Part shown: positions 47,352-56,852 of the stretch, one piece after another | How the letters are laid out: each line of letters begins with the position of its first letter | How positions within the stretch are numbered: position 1 is the first letter of the stretch | NCBI GenBank assembly: GCA_021787535.1 | Contig: JAJYLR010000003.1 | Coordinates: 56 to 64,055 of the forward strand | DNA from: a bacterium | GTDB taxonomy: Bacteria; Patescibacteriota; CPR2; UBA1875; JAJYID01 | Reading direction: 5' to 3' | DNA: 64,000 nt | Notes under the pieces: generated by a model | What the model was told of the DNA's origin: nothing | Seen by the model: only the letters and a program-made list of their open reading frames with translations | Databases searched by the model: none | Translations under genes and position numbers: made by a program

Positions 47352-47828
47352 TTAGCAGATTTTCGGGTATGACCGCCAAGCCGGTTTGAGTTGGCTAAGG
47401 TCAGCGAGATCAGGATCAGGGCAAGGACAAGGAGGCATTTCAATTTCGAGATCTTTGAAGAGGGTAGGAAATCCTCCTCGCATGGCGCAGGGGAGACCCC
47501 GGAATTCTTCAGTATTGCAGATGTGGAGACTTTCACACTTTGTCGGATCTTCGTCGAACTCGCACATGCCGATCATATTACAGCGCATACATGCGGGCTG
47601 ATATTCTGTTCTGTCCTTTAAGAACGCTTGTATATTTGCGTTGCAAATATCACAGCTGCCGTCGGCATGGCTGTAACTTTGGAGGATATGCGGAGGAATA
47701 CGCCCATCTTGAACATCCACGAGGGTATTAAGCGGGACATGAGGTTCCACATCCGTAGCCAGTGGCTCCAAAGTTCTGTGTAAAAGCTTATGGCCGTATT
47801 GCTTCATTATGCTTTTTGGATCTGCCAT
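47352..47828 (-). CDS. Cys-rich hypothetical protein
   Basis: 158 aa with 14 Cys including CDIC, CMRC and CPCPDPD. Confidence 0.4.
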   Translation of the reverse strand: MADPKSIMKQYGHKLLHRTLEPLATDVEPHVPLNTLVDVQDGRIPPHILQSYSHADGSCDICNANIQAFLKDRTEYQPACMRCNMIGMCEFDEDPTKCESLHICNTEEFRGLPCAMRGGFPTLFKDLEIEMPPCPCPDPDLADLSQLKPAWRSYPKIC

Positions 47829-47829
47829 A

Positions 47830-48054
47830 TCACCGCTCCTTTGTGGGTTGTAATAGTGAATGTACGCTCTTTGTTTGTGTGAGGCCCCCGATAAACCAGA
47901 ACATCATCAAAACAAAAATAGCAAGGAGTACAAAACCGGGCTCTGACCATGCCACACAAAGATCTCTGATCATTGCGACAGTTCCTATAAGTCCAATCAA
48001 GACCATAAAGGAACAAAAACTTACCCAGACTTTTTGTTCAACTGTTAGGTTCAT
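47830..48054 (-). CDS. Small membrane protein
   Basis: 74 aa with two TM segments. Confidence 0.3.
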   Translation of the reverse strand: MNLTVEQKVWVSFCSFMVLIGLIGTVAMIRDLCVAWSEPGFVLLAIFVLMMFWFIGGLTQTKSVHSLLQPTKER

Positions 48055-48204
48055 TAGTTAGTCCTTTCCCGATTGAAAGATGAAGATTATGGACAGCTAA
48101 AAGTACCATATTATATCATAGAAGCCTCTTAATAAACTAACGATTTTGAATCATAAATAAAAAATAAGCCATCTCTGGATAGCTTATTAAGTATGTGTCC
48201 GACT

Positions 48205-48281
48205 TGGCGACCCGGACCGGACTCGAACCGGCGACCTCCTGCGTGACAGGCAGGCGCTCTAACCAACTGAGCTACCGGGCC
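48205..48281 (-). tRNA. tRNA-Asp (anticodon GTC)
   Basis: Reverse complement is GGCCCGGTAGCTCAGTTGGTTAGAGCGCCTGCCTGTCACGCAGGAGGTCGCCGGTTCGAGTCCGGTCCGGGTCGCCA. Confidence 0.8.
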
Positions 48282-48478
48282 ACGTCGGAATCCTCTATTA
48301 GATTATGAAATTGTCGAAACAATTTCTCCACCTTTTCGAGATTCCTCCTCTTCAATCAAAACCGACAGATTTTGACTGGGATTAACTTTGTTATTTTAGC
48401 AGAAAATGGGCTTTTTAGCAACGGATTTAGAATTTTTGTCTACTTGAATCGGCAAATTTTAACCATTAGAATTTTAGA

Positions 48479-49057
48479 ATGAAGAAGGATCCTAGAAAGT
48501 TTGGGGCGGTTGTTTTGGTGGCGGCTTTGATAGCCGGCGTTTACGGATTTTCGCAGATTTCATCGAAAACGGCTGCTGTTTCAAACAAACCGAAACCGCA
48601 TTACACTGCGCCAAAAGAAGCGCCGAAACCGGGGTTTAACTGGGTGACGCACGTGGTGGATGGCGACACTATTGACGTCGATATGAACGGAAAAACGGAG
48701 CGGATTAGATTAATCGGCATAGATACACCTGAAACGGTCGATCCCAGGAAACCGGTACAATGCTTCGGCAAGGAGGCATCGGATGAAACTAAGAAAATGC
48801 TCTCAGGCAAGCAAATTAGGTTAGAATCTGATCCTACTCAGGATGACCGCGACAAGTACGGCCGGCTGCTTCGCTATGTTTTCCTGCAGGATGGAACGAA
48901 TTACAACCAGTGGCTGATCGACCAGGGATATGCTCACGAGTATACCTATCATATTCCTTATAAATACCAAGCCGAGTTTAAAGCTGCCGAGCGCGCCGCT
49001 CGCGACTCAAACCTTGGCCTGTGGTCGCCTAAAACCTGTGGCGGAATTACAAAATAA
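48479..49057 (+). CDS. Thermonuclease (SNase/micrococcal nuclease family), secreted
   Basis: VVDGDTIDV...RIRLIGIDTPE...YGRLLRYV core with an N-terminal TM/signal. Confidence 0.75.
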   Translation: MKKDPRKFGAVVLVAALIAGVYGFSQISSKTAAVSNKPKPHYTAPKEAPKPGFNWVTHVVDGDTIDVDMNGKTERIRLIGIDTPETVDPRKPVQCFGKEASDETKKMLSGKQIRLESDPTQDDRDKYGRLLRYVFLQDGTNYNQWLIDQGYAHEYTYHIPYKYQAEFKAAERAARDSNLGLWSPKTCGGITK

Positions 49058-49172
49058 GAACATTGGAGCATCAAGTGTGCTTAAAAAATGCAACTTTCAC
49101 TGCTCTAATACAAATTAGCGTGGTGGTTGTGGGAAAGATTTTTCCAATACAGTGATTGCCGTATTAAAAATA

Positions 49173-49799
49173 TTAATTTTTTTTAGAAGACAGTTTCTTG
49201 CCAAAATGTTTGTGAAAGTAGTAGATGATAATGATGGCCAAAACGACGAACCCGGCCCATCTGAAGTAGTGGAGAAAGCGGAGAACCGTATCCAGGTTTT
49301 TGCTGAAATGATAGCTCAGGAGGGAAATGATTGTGACGAAAGAGATTGCCCCTAAAATATTGAAAGTCAGAAATCTCTTGTAAGCCATGTGCGACATGCC
49401 GGCGGTAAGAGCGGCCAGGATTCTGGTGGTGGCGAAAAAGTGGGCTGTGTAGACGGTTCGTCCGCCTTTTTCCTTGAAAAGCGTTTCCATTTCACCCAAT
49501 TTCTTCTGGTCTATGCGTACATATTTGCCGTATTTCTCAACCAGCGGCCGTCCGCCTTCGCGTCCGATCCAGAAGCCGAGGTTGTCACCGACCACGTCGC
49601 CAACTATTGCAATCGGAATAACCAGCCAGATATTTAAAACCTTTTGGCCGGCAAAAAAAGCCATGGCGACGAGAGTTGACTCTGCCGGGACCGGTATGCC
49701 GGCGTTTTCAAGCATCATGCCGAAAAAGGCAACCAGATAGCCGTAAGTATGGACATACGGCGAAAGCAGATTAACATAATATTGGATCTCGGTGTGCAT
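49173..49799 (-). CDS. DedA family membrane protein (second copy)
   Basis: GYLVAFFGMMLENAGIPVPAESTLV. Confidence 0.7.
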   Translation of the reverse strand: MHTEIQYYVNLLSPYVHTYGYLVAFFGMMLENAGIPVPAESTLVAMAFFAGQKVLNIWLVIPIAIVGDVVGDNLGFWIGREGGRPLVEKYGKYVRIDQKKLGEMETLFKEKGGRTVYTAHFFATTRILAALTAGMSHMAYKRFLTFNILGAISFVTIISLLSYHFSKNLDTVLRFLHYFRWAGFVVLAIIIIYYFHKHFGKKLSSKKN

Positions 49800-49879
49800 T
49801 AACTAATTATCTTTGATTTATCTGTAATATGCAAAATTTATCTTGCAGAATTGACTAGATCTCTGGTTATGTTTACAAT

Positions 49880-50341
49880 TTGTTTATGGTCAATCAACAA
49901 TTAATTGATTACGTAAAACAAGAATTGGCAAAAGGCAACAGTCCTGAAAAAATCAGCGCCGATCTTTTAGCTCAAGGGTGGAAAAAGATAGATATAGATT
50001 ATGCCTTTGATGAGTTGAATATGGAGAAGTCGGATTCACAGACTTCGGGACCATCCCAGTTACCTGAAAAAGGGCAGCCGCAACAATATTATGAGGCAAT
50101 GATTCCGGTGGAGAAAAAAGGTTCCAAAGGCATGGTTGAGGGGATTATTTCTGTCACGTGCGCGGTCATATCTTTGATTTTTTTGCCGATAATTTTTGGT
50201 CCGGTGGGGATAGTACTTGGTGTTTTGGCACGCAAAAAAGGCCAAAAAACTTTGGGTCTTGTAGGTATTATTCTCTCATCAATATTTCTAGCATTGGGCG
50301 TAATCTTTATGGTTCTGATCATTTTAACCAAATACCATTAG
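49880..50341 (+). CDS. Hypothetical membrane protein (DUF4190-like C-terminus)
   Basis: Soluble N-terminus followed by two C-terminal TM segments. Confidence 0.4.
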   Translation: MFMVNQQLIDYVKQELAKGNSPEKISADLLAQGWKKIDIDYAFDELNMEKSDSQTSGPSQLPEKGQPQQYYEAMIPVEKKGSKGMVEGIISVTCAVISLIFLPIIFGPVGIVLGVLARKKGQKTLGLVGIILSSIFLALGVIFMVLIILTKYH

Positions 50342-50362
50342 AAGAAATTTTAATTTGATTGC

Positions 50363-51103
50363 ATGTTAATACTTCTCTACTTTCTGTTTGTTTTATGTCC
50401 GATTATTTTCTGGTTTTCCTTTTTTTATTGGGAAGACCGTGCTGATCCCGGTCCTAAGAAGCTGATGGCTTTTATTTTTTTACTCGGTATAGGTATGGCC
50501 ATACTAGCCGGCGCTTTCAATTCGTTAATTTCTTATTATTTGCTGCCCGATCATACCAAGGGGCTGATGGATTTTATTAAACATCCCGTTCCAATGTTTT
50601 TTGTTGTTCTTGCCATAGGCAGTGTTTTAGAAGAGAGTTTAAAGTATTTGACTCTCAGAGAATTTTTTTATGATAGGGTACAGTTTAACCAAATTGCAGA
50701 TGGGATCTTTTATGGAGTGACTTTAGCACTCGGTTTTAGCTTGGTAGAAAACACATCATATTTTTTTATGATTCATCAAAGTATGCCATATGTTAAATTT
50801 TTGATCGATATTGCCGGACGGGCTGTATTTAGCGTCACATTACACATTACCACAGCCGGCATCTTGGGTTTCTACCTTGGCAAAAGAAAATATTCGCTGC
50901 AACATAGCAGGAAATATTTATTTCTCAGTTTAGCGATAGCATACTCTTTGCATCTTTCATTTAATTTATTGAGCATTGTCGGGTTTATTGCGGTGATTCC
51001 TGCCCTAACTTTCCTAATCGTACAATTAAAAAATCCCGATGTCTTGGCTGTGTGGAGGCTAGTTGAGGTTGATGCGGGCGGACATGTAATTCGTGTCGAT
51101 TAA
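50363..51103 (+). CDS. PrsW-family intramembrane metalloprotease
   Basis: EESLKYL (EExxK) and FSLVENTSYF motifs. Confidence 0.6.
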   Translation: MLILLYFLFVLCPIIFWFSFFYWEDRADPGPKKLMAFIFLLGIGMAILAGAFNSLISYYLLPDHTKGLMDFIKHPVPMFFVVLAIGSVLEESLKYLTLREFFYDRVQFNQIADGIFYGVTLALGFSLVENTSYFFMIHQSMPYVKFLIDIAGRAVFSVTLHITTAGILGFYLGKRKYSLQHSRKYLFLSLAIAYSLHLSFNLLSIVGFIAVIPALTFLIVQLKNPDVLAVWRLVEVDAGGHVIRVD

Positions 51104-51126
51104 CCACACTTACTGGCTGACAATCA

Positions 51127-51621
51127 TTGAAGATTAAGTTGTTGCATGCTAAAATTGCTGCCATGAAAATCAGAAGTATTCAGAGCAAAGATCGGCAAGG
51201 ATGCCTGAAAATAGCAGATTGTTTAAATGATTGGTTTAGTGAAGAAACTCTTCAGGAAATGGCAAAAAAGATTTTAGATTATTCTACTTTTGTTTACGAA
51301 GAGAAGGGTGATATTCTTGGTTTTATAACTCTGAGAGAAGTAAATAGTGGAGTTGAAGAAATCGTTTGGATTGCAGTGGCGAAAAATTATCATCGTGCAG
51401 GTATTGGTACAAAACTTTTAAAATATGCGGAAAATCATCTTAAAAGTAAGCAAATTTTGAAGGTTAAAACCCTGGATAACACTGAGGATTATAAACCTTA
51501 TGAAATCTCCAGGGCTTTTTATGAAAATAACGGTTTTATAAAAATAACAGTAATCGATCCTTATCCCGGTTGGGAGCTGGGGAACCCTTGTGCCATTTAT
51601 ATTAAGCCAATTAACTGGTAA
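51127..51621 (+). CDS. GNAT family N-acetyltransferase
   Basis: Motif A: VWIAVAKNYHRAGIGTKLLKYAENHL. Confidence 0.6.
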   Translation: MKIKLLHAKIAAMKIRSIQSKDRQGCLKIADCLNDWFSEETLQEMAKKILDYSTFVYEEKGDILGFITLREVNSGVEEIVWIAVAKNYHRAGIGTKLLKYAENHLKSKQILKVKTLDNTEDYKPYEISRAFYENNGFIKITVIDPYPGWELGNPCAIYIKPINW

Positions 51622-51714
51622 TTAAGCTTAACTCGTGCTAAAATATGCAGGTTATTATTTAGAATTTTGGATTTGATTGTAAATGATTCATTGGAAATTG
51701 AAAATTAATATATA

Positions 51715-51787
51715 GCGGGTATAGTTAAGTGGTATAACGTGACCTTCCCAAGGTCGAGTGACGGGTTCGATTCCCGTTACCCGCTCC
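51715..51787 (+). tRNA. tRNA-Gly (anticodon CCC)
   Basis: GCGGGTATAGTTAAGTGGTATAACGTGACCTTCCCAAGGTCGAGTGACGGGTTCGATTCCCGTTACCCGCTCCA. Confidence 0.8.
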
Positions 51788-51803
51788 AAATGAGACGGAA
51801 TTG

Positions 51804-51878
51804 AGCCGCCTTAGCTCAGTGGTAGAGCAATGCTTTCGTAAAGCAGAGGTCCCGAGTTCAACTCTCGGAGGCGGCTCC
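51804..51878 (+). tRNA. tRNA-Thr (anticodon CGT)
   Basis: GCCGCCTTAGCTCAGTGGTAGAGCAATGCTTTCGTAAAGCAGAGGTCCCGAGTTCAACTCTCGGAGGCGGCTCCA. Confidence 0.8.
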
Positions 51879-51924
51879 ATTACATATTCAATAAAAACTA
51901 AGGTATAATGTATCCGCTTTTGTT

Positions 51925-52332
51925 ATGTATAAACAATACTTAAAAAAAATAGATACGGATTCTTTGAGGAAAAAAGCTGTGAAGGCGCACGGCAAATCTT
52001 TCCTTCAGGAAAAACCATTTAAATATATTTTAATGGCAGTTGGTCTTTTGCTTGCAATTGATTTAGTATTTATTTTAACTCATCTCAAGGTGGATCAAAC
52101 TTCACAGCCGATTAAGTATAATTATCTTTTTGGGATTACGAAAACCGGTTCATGGATCTCTACTTTAATTTTACCCGCCATTTTGATTATAGTTACGTTG
52201 ACCAATGTATTAGCTGCTGAGTATTTTTACAAAAAAGATAAGCTTCTGACTTATATTTTCTTAAGTATTAATCTTTTTCTGACCATTATTGTTTTTCTTG
52301 AGACTATTGCTTTAAATGCTCGAGGTTCTTAG
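51925..52332 (+). CDS. Hypothetical membrane protein
   Basis: 135 aa with 3-4 TM segments. Confidence 0.4.
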   Translation: MYKQYLKKIDTDSLRKKAVKAHGKSFLQEKPFKYILMAVGLLLAIDLVFILTHLKVDQTSQPIKYNYLFGITKTGSWISTLILPAILIIVTLTNVLAAEYFYKKDKLLTYIFLSINLFLTIIVFLETIALNARGS

Positions 52333-53977
52333 GATGCAAACTTGGGTTGATTCGCATTGGTTTCAGAGATTGCTGGAAATTATTCCAGGGCTTAGCGTCT
52401 GGGCAGTTATAATTTTTCCGTTTGCTTTTGCTTATCCTTTCCCACTCATGGTTGCTTATTTTATTCTGATTTTTAACCTTTATTGGTTTTTGAAAGCGTT
52501 CAATATTGCCCGCCATCTCCTAAACGGACTCTATCACATGAAATATAACATGCATACTAATTGGTACGAGAGGTGCAAAGCGGTTTCGGGAGACCTGCCG
52601 GGTTCTCGATCAAAGTTGAAAGAAGACTATAAGAAAAATGCTAAAAATGTTTTTCAAAAAATCAGGTATCGCGATCTAAAGAAAGAGATTGAAGAACTTG
52701 AAAATCTGGATGACAAGGAGTATTTGGTGAAAAAACTTGACGACATTCTGCATTTGGCGGTTATTCCGACTTACAAAGAGTCTTTTCAGATTTTGGATGA
52801 AACACTTGAATATATTTTGAAATCTAACTACCCCTCGAAGAAAATTATGATTGTAGTAACGGGCGAAGAGAGGGATGAAAAAAATTTTAAAAAAATTTCA
52901 AAACAGCTTGAAGGGAAATATCACGGTAAGTTTAGGAATCTTATCTTTTATGTCCACAAAGATAAAGCTGGCGAAGTAAAAGGGAAGGGCTCTAATATTG
53001 CCTCGGCCGGTAAAAAGGTTATGAAATTTATCACTCAGGAAGGAATCGATCCTGAAAATATCTTAGTTACCACCTTGGATGCCGATCATGTGGTGCACAG
53101 GGAATATTTCTCTCGTCTGACATATAAATATATTACTGATCCCGATAGAGACAGAAAGACTTATCAGCCGGTAGCGCTTCTTTTCAATAATATCTGGGAT
53201 GCGCCGGCGCCAAACAGGGTGGCGGCTATCGCGTCGTCGTTTTGGATTATTGTTGAGTCAATGCGGCCATACCGCTTAAGAACATTTGCTTCGCATACTC
53301 AGAGCTTGAAAACTTTGCTCGTGACGGATTTCTGGTCGACCCAGACTATCGTCGAAGACGGCCATCAGTATTTCCGCACCTATTTTGCCTTTAACGGCAA
53401 TATAGAAATGGTCCCATTGCTCGTTCCGATTTATCAGGATTGTCTCCTAGATAAAACACTTTGGAAAACTTTCAAAAGCCAGTATTTGCAGCGCAGGCGC
53501 TGGGCATGGGGAGCGAGCGATTTTCCGTACGTAGTCAAAAATTTTCTAAAACATCCTGAAATTCCAAAGAGAGAAAAGTTTATCCAAACATTTCGCCAAT
53601 ATATTTCTCATCTCTCATGGGCTTCCTCATCACTGCTTCTTGCTACAGCTTGGGTTCCGCTTCTCTTTAACAAGGTTTTTATGAACTCGGTCATTGCTCA
53701 TAATGTTACAAGCTACAGTTCCAATCTGGCTCTCACTGCCTGGATAGGAGTTTTCTTCAGCGTCTGGACATACCTATTTCTTTTGCCTAAAAAACCAAAA
53801 AAGTATTCTCACTTTCGTTATGTTGGTATGGTGGTTCAATGGATTTTCACTCCGATTGTCGCCATTATACTTAGCTCGCTGCCCTCAATTGACGCCCAAA
53901 CCCGGTTGATGTTCGGTAAATATCTGGAGTTTTTTATTACGCCGAAAATTCGCAAATCAAAGATCGAGATTAGTTAA
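52316..53977 (+). CDS. Membrane-embedded processive GT2 glycosyltransferase (cellulose/PNAG-synthase-like)
   Basis: IPTYKE, TLDADH and QYLQRRRWAWG (QxxRW) motifs, with TM segments on both sides of the catalytic domain. Confidence 0.7.
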   Translation: MLEVLRMQTWVDSHWFQRLLEIIPGLSVWAVIIFPFAFAYPFPLMVAYFILIFNLYWFLKAFNIARHLLNGLYHMKYNMHTNWYERCKAVSGDLPGSRSKLKEDYKKNAKNVFQKIRYRDLKKEIEELENLDDKEYLVKKLDDILHLAVIPTYKESFQILDETLEYILKSNYPSKKIMIVVTGEERDEKNFKKISKQLEGKYHGKFRNLIFYVHKDKAGEVKGKGSNIASAGKKVMKFITQEGIDPENILVTTLDADHVVHREYFSRLTYKYITDPDRDRKTYQPVALLFNNIWDAPAPNRVAAIASSFWIIVESMRPYRLRTFASHTQSLKTLLVTDFWSTQTIVEDGHQYFRTYFAFNGNIEMVPLLVPIYQDCLLDKTLWKTFKSQYLQRRRWAWGASDFPYVVKNFLKHPEIPKREKFIQTFRQYISHLSWASSSLLLATAWVPLLFNKVFMNSVIAHNVTSYSSNLALTAWIGVFFSVWTYLFLLPKKPKKYSHFRYVGMVVQWIFTPIVAIILSSLPSIDAQTRLMFGKYLEFFITPKIRKSKIEIS

Positions 53978-54125
53978 TCAATTCATAAGTTTCCGCTCAA
54001 TATCTGTCTGTCGGTAAGGCAGATGATTTGCTGAGGTATACTGGTATGATATTTGGATTAAAGTTATGATTGACAATTAGTTTGCCTGCATCTATAACTA
54101 TGTTAGAATAAATAGAGGAGAGCAG

Positions 54126-54455
54126 ATGGACGGGAAACAATTTTTCGAACTTATAAAAAATATTTATACGGCACTCAAATGTCCGGCTTGCGGAGAAGTT
54201 TATGAGATTGAGGAGATACAATTCATAGGCCAGTTTGACGGGCTATTTCTTATTCAGATGACTTGTTCTAAATGCAAACTGCCTGTTAGTGTTAACTTTT
54301 ATGCGAAAGAAAACCCAAAAGATTTCTTAAGCGACCTTAAAATAATGGATCTCAAAAGCATACCCAGAGAACCTATTTCGACTAACGAAGTTATAGATTT
54401 TCACTCATCACTCAAAAACTTTGACGGCGATCTGAAAAACATTTTAAATAAATAA
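54126..54455 (+). CDS. Zinc-ribbon hypothetical protein
   Basis: CPACGEVY...CSKCKLPV. Confidence 0.4.
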   Translation: MDGKQFFELIKNIYTALKCPACGEVYEIEEIQFIGQFDGLFLIQMTCSKCKLPVSVNFYAKENPKDFLSDLKIMDLKSIPREPISTNEVIDFHSSLKNFDGDLKNILNK

Positions 54456-54565
54456 TCTGATTTCTTATCTAACAATTGACCTTTTGGGGAATTTTTGGTA
54501 AGATGAATTTTGTCTTAAGGATTGATAAGGTCCCGGCTTATGTCGGGATTATCTAAATAAGGTTT

Positions 54566-55264
54566 ATGGAAAAAATTAAACTACAGGCAAAGAAAAGGGA
54601 AGTCTTGGGTAAGAAAGTAGCTGCTCTTAAAAGGCAAGGTTTGGTACCGGCTGTTTTGTATGGTAAAGGTAAGGATAATATTGCGCTTTCGGTTGAAAAT
54701 AAGGCGTTTAATCATGCTTATAAACTATCCGGCGGAAGCACGCTAATACTTTTAGAGATCGAGGGTGATAAAGCGAAGAATGTTTTAGTGAAAGATGTGC
54801 AGAAAGATCCTGTGAAAGATGAGGTGGTACATGCGGACTTCTATCAGGTTAAGATGAGCGAGAAAATCACAGCAACCGTACCGCTCAACTTCATTGGCGA
54901 CTCCAAGGCAGTGATTGACCTATCAGGCAGTCTTATAACCAATAAAAGCGAGCTTGAAGTTGAATGTTTGCCCGCTGATTTGCCGCATGAGCTGGAAGTC
55001 GATATTTCAGCGCTCGAAAACTTTGACTCAGTTATCCATATTAGTGACATTAGAATACCTGAAGGTGTTGAGGTCAAGGATGATCTAGAAGAAGCGGTTG
55101 CTTTCGTAGAGCCGCCTAGAAGCGAAGAGGAATTAGCCGAACTTGAGGAGCCAGTAGAAGAAGGCGAAATGCCGGAGGCAGAACAGGGCGGCAAAGAAGT
55201 AAAAACTGAGGCGGAAGAAGGTGAAGAAAAATCGGTTGAGCCCCAGGAACAAAAAAGTGAATAA
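54566..55264 (+). CDS. rplY: Ribosomal protein bL25 / general stress protein Ctc
   Basis: N-terminal LQAKKREVLGKKVAALKRQGLVPAVLYGKG and an acidic C-terminal extension. Confidence 0.8.
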   Translation: MEKIKLQAKKREVLGKKVAALKRQGLVPAVLYGKGKDNIALSVENKAFNHAYKLSGGSTLILLEIEGDKAKNVLVKDVQKDPVKDEVVHADFYQVKMSEKITATVPLNFIGDSKAVIDLSGSLITNKSELEVECLPADLPHELEVDISALENFDSVIHISDIRIPEGVEVKDDLEEAVAFVEPPRSEEELAELEEPVEEGEMPEAEQGGKEVKTEAEEGEEKSVEPQEQKSE

Positions 55265-55322
55265 ATTATATTTCAAAAAGACCTCTTCTTAATAGGTCTT
55301 TTTTAGTGTAAAATGGTTACAA

Positions 55323-55577
55323 ATGTTCAATTTAGAAATATTAGGTTATCTGGGCGGTGGATTGGTTACCATATCATTATTGCCTCAGGTTATAAAATCC
55401 TTTAAGACAAAGTCCACTTCTGATATTTCTATAGTTTATACTTTGGTTTTAATCTCCGGACTTGCACTTTGGGTTCTGTATGCAGCCTTAAATACTATAA
55501 CTCCCCTCTTAATCGCAGCAAGTATTGAGCTGGCTATCACGATTAGTTTGTTTATTTTAAAGTTAATCTATAAATAG
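55323..55577 (+). CDS. SemiSWEET (PQ-loop) sugar transporter
   Basis: 84 aa, three TM segments, and an LPQVIK PQ motif in TM1. Confidence 0.55.
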   Translation: MFNLEILGYLGGGLVTISLLPQVIKSFKTKSTSDISIVYTLVLISGLALWVLYAALNTITPLLIAASIELAITISLFILKLIYK

Positions 55578-55582
55578 AAAAA

Positions 55583-56662
55583 ATGAGAAAAATTAAATTA
55601 TTTTTTAACAGGATTAAACTGGTACTCAAAAACAAGTATTTTCTTTTATGCGCTGCCGTAATTGTAATCGCCGGAGGGGCGCTTATTTATGTGGCACTGA
55701 CAAAGCCGGCGGAAATGCCCAATATTCAAATACCTGTCAAAAAACCGGCACCGGTTGATACAAGGGTTCAGTCGAAACTCGAGGGTATCAAAGTTGATCC
55801 CAGTGTGAATAACAGAAAGATCTTAGCCGTAGTGGTCGAGAACCATCCGGATGCCAGGCCGCAATCGGGGCTGGATAAGGCAAGCATTATTTACGAAACG
55901 CTGGCCGAAGGAGGCATAACCAGATTTTTAGCGCTTTATCAAGAAAATCAGGCGGAAGAAATTGGTCCGGTCAGATCGGCCCGGCTGTGCTTTCTTGATT
56001 GGACTCTTGAGTATGATGCGCTTTTCGCTCATGTGGGGGGGAACGTACTCGCTTTGAATAAAATAGGCCCACTGGGTATACAAGATATCAACCAGTTTTA
56101 TTATGCAAACTACTTCTGGCGGGACAACTCTCGTTATGCTCCCCATAATGTTTATACCTCTACAGAAAAGCTTCGAGCCGCTGGAGCTCAGAAAAAATAC
56201 CCGACAACCAGTGATTTTAAAGGATTAGATTTTAAAGCGGACGCATCTCCGGATCAAAGGCCGGCATCTGCCCAACTGACCGTTCATTTTTCCGGTTATG
56301 AATTTGACCCTACCTACACTTATGATAGAAATAACAATGTCTGGCTGAGAAGCGAGGCTGGCGTACCTTTTAAAGATAAGGTTACAGGCAAGCAAATAGC
56401 GCCCAAGAATGTAATCGTGCAGTATGAGGGCTACAGCAATATAACCGACATTTATGACCACACTTTGAGCAATTTTCAAACGCTGGGGTCGGGTAAAGCT
56501 GAGTTTTACATGGATGGCAAGCAGATTGTCGGCACCTGGGAAAAGGCAGACAGAAAGTCCCAAACCGTTTATAAAGACTCGGTCGGTAATCCGATCAAGC
56601 TTGATACTGGCCAGACTTGGATTGAAGTAGTACCAAGCGGCAACACAGTTGATTTCAGGTAA
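55583..56662 (+). CDS. DUF3048 (YerB-like) domain protein
   Basis: ILAVVVENHPDARPQSGLDKASIIYETLAEGGITRFLALY. Confidence 0.6.
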   Translation: MRKIKLFFNRIKLVLKNKYFLLCAAVIVIAGGALIYVALTKPAEMPNIQIPVKKPAPVDTRVQSKLEGIKVDPSVNNRKILAVVVENHPDARPQSGLDKASIIYETLAEGGITRFLALYQENQAEEIGPVRSARLCFLDWTLEYDALFAHVGGNVLALNKIGPLGIQDINQFYYANYFWRDNSRYAPHNVYTSTEKLRAAGAQKKYPTTSDFKGLDFKADASPDQRPASAQLTVHFSGYEFDPTYTYDRNNNVWLRSEAGVPFKDKVTGKQIAPKNVIVQYEGYSNITDIYDHTLSNFQTLGSGKAEFYMDGKQIVGTWEKADRKSQTVYKDSVGNPIKLDTGQTWIEVVPSGNTVDFR

Positions 56663-56716
56663 TTAGGGATTAGGTAAATAGGAAATTTGGAGACCGTTGA
56701 AAAAGCTAACTTAATT

Positions 56717-56796
56717 TGTCATTCTGGCGACGATAGGAGACCAGAATCTAAAGGTTACCACACAAGATACAGATTCTGGACAAGCCAGAATGACAC
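56717..56796. repeat. Composite repeat (TGTCATTCTGGCGACGATAGGAGACCAGAATC ... GATTCTGGACAAGCCAGAATGACA)
   Basis: Left-end and right-end units separated by about 25 nt. About 60 nt upstream of mntH. Confidence 0.6.
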
Positions 56797-56852
56797 CCAA
56801 AATAGTTTTCAACAGTTTCAGGAATGAGGTTTTAAATTGTTAAGGAAATGTA

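Noticed and set aside
47210-47536. 108-aa ORF overlapping the 3' half of the Cys-rich gene in another frame
   Set aside because: It overlaps ORF 47352-47828, has no RBS and no motif, and is most likely spurious.
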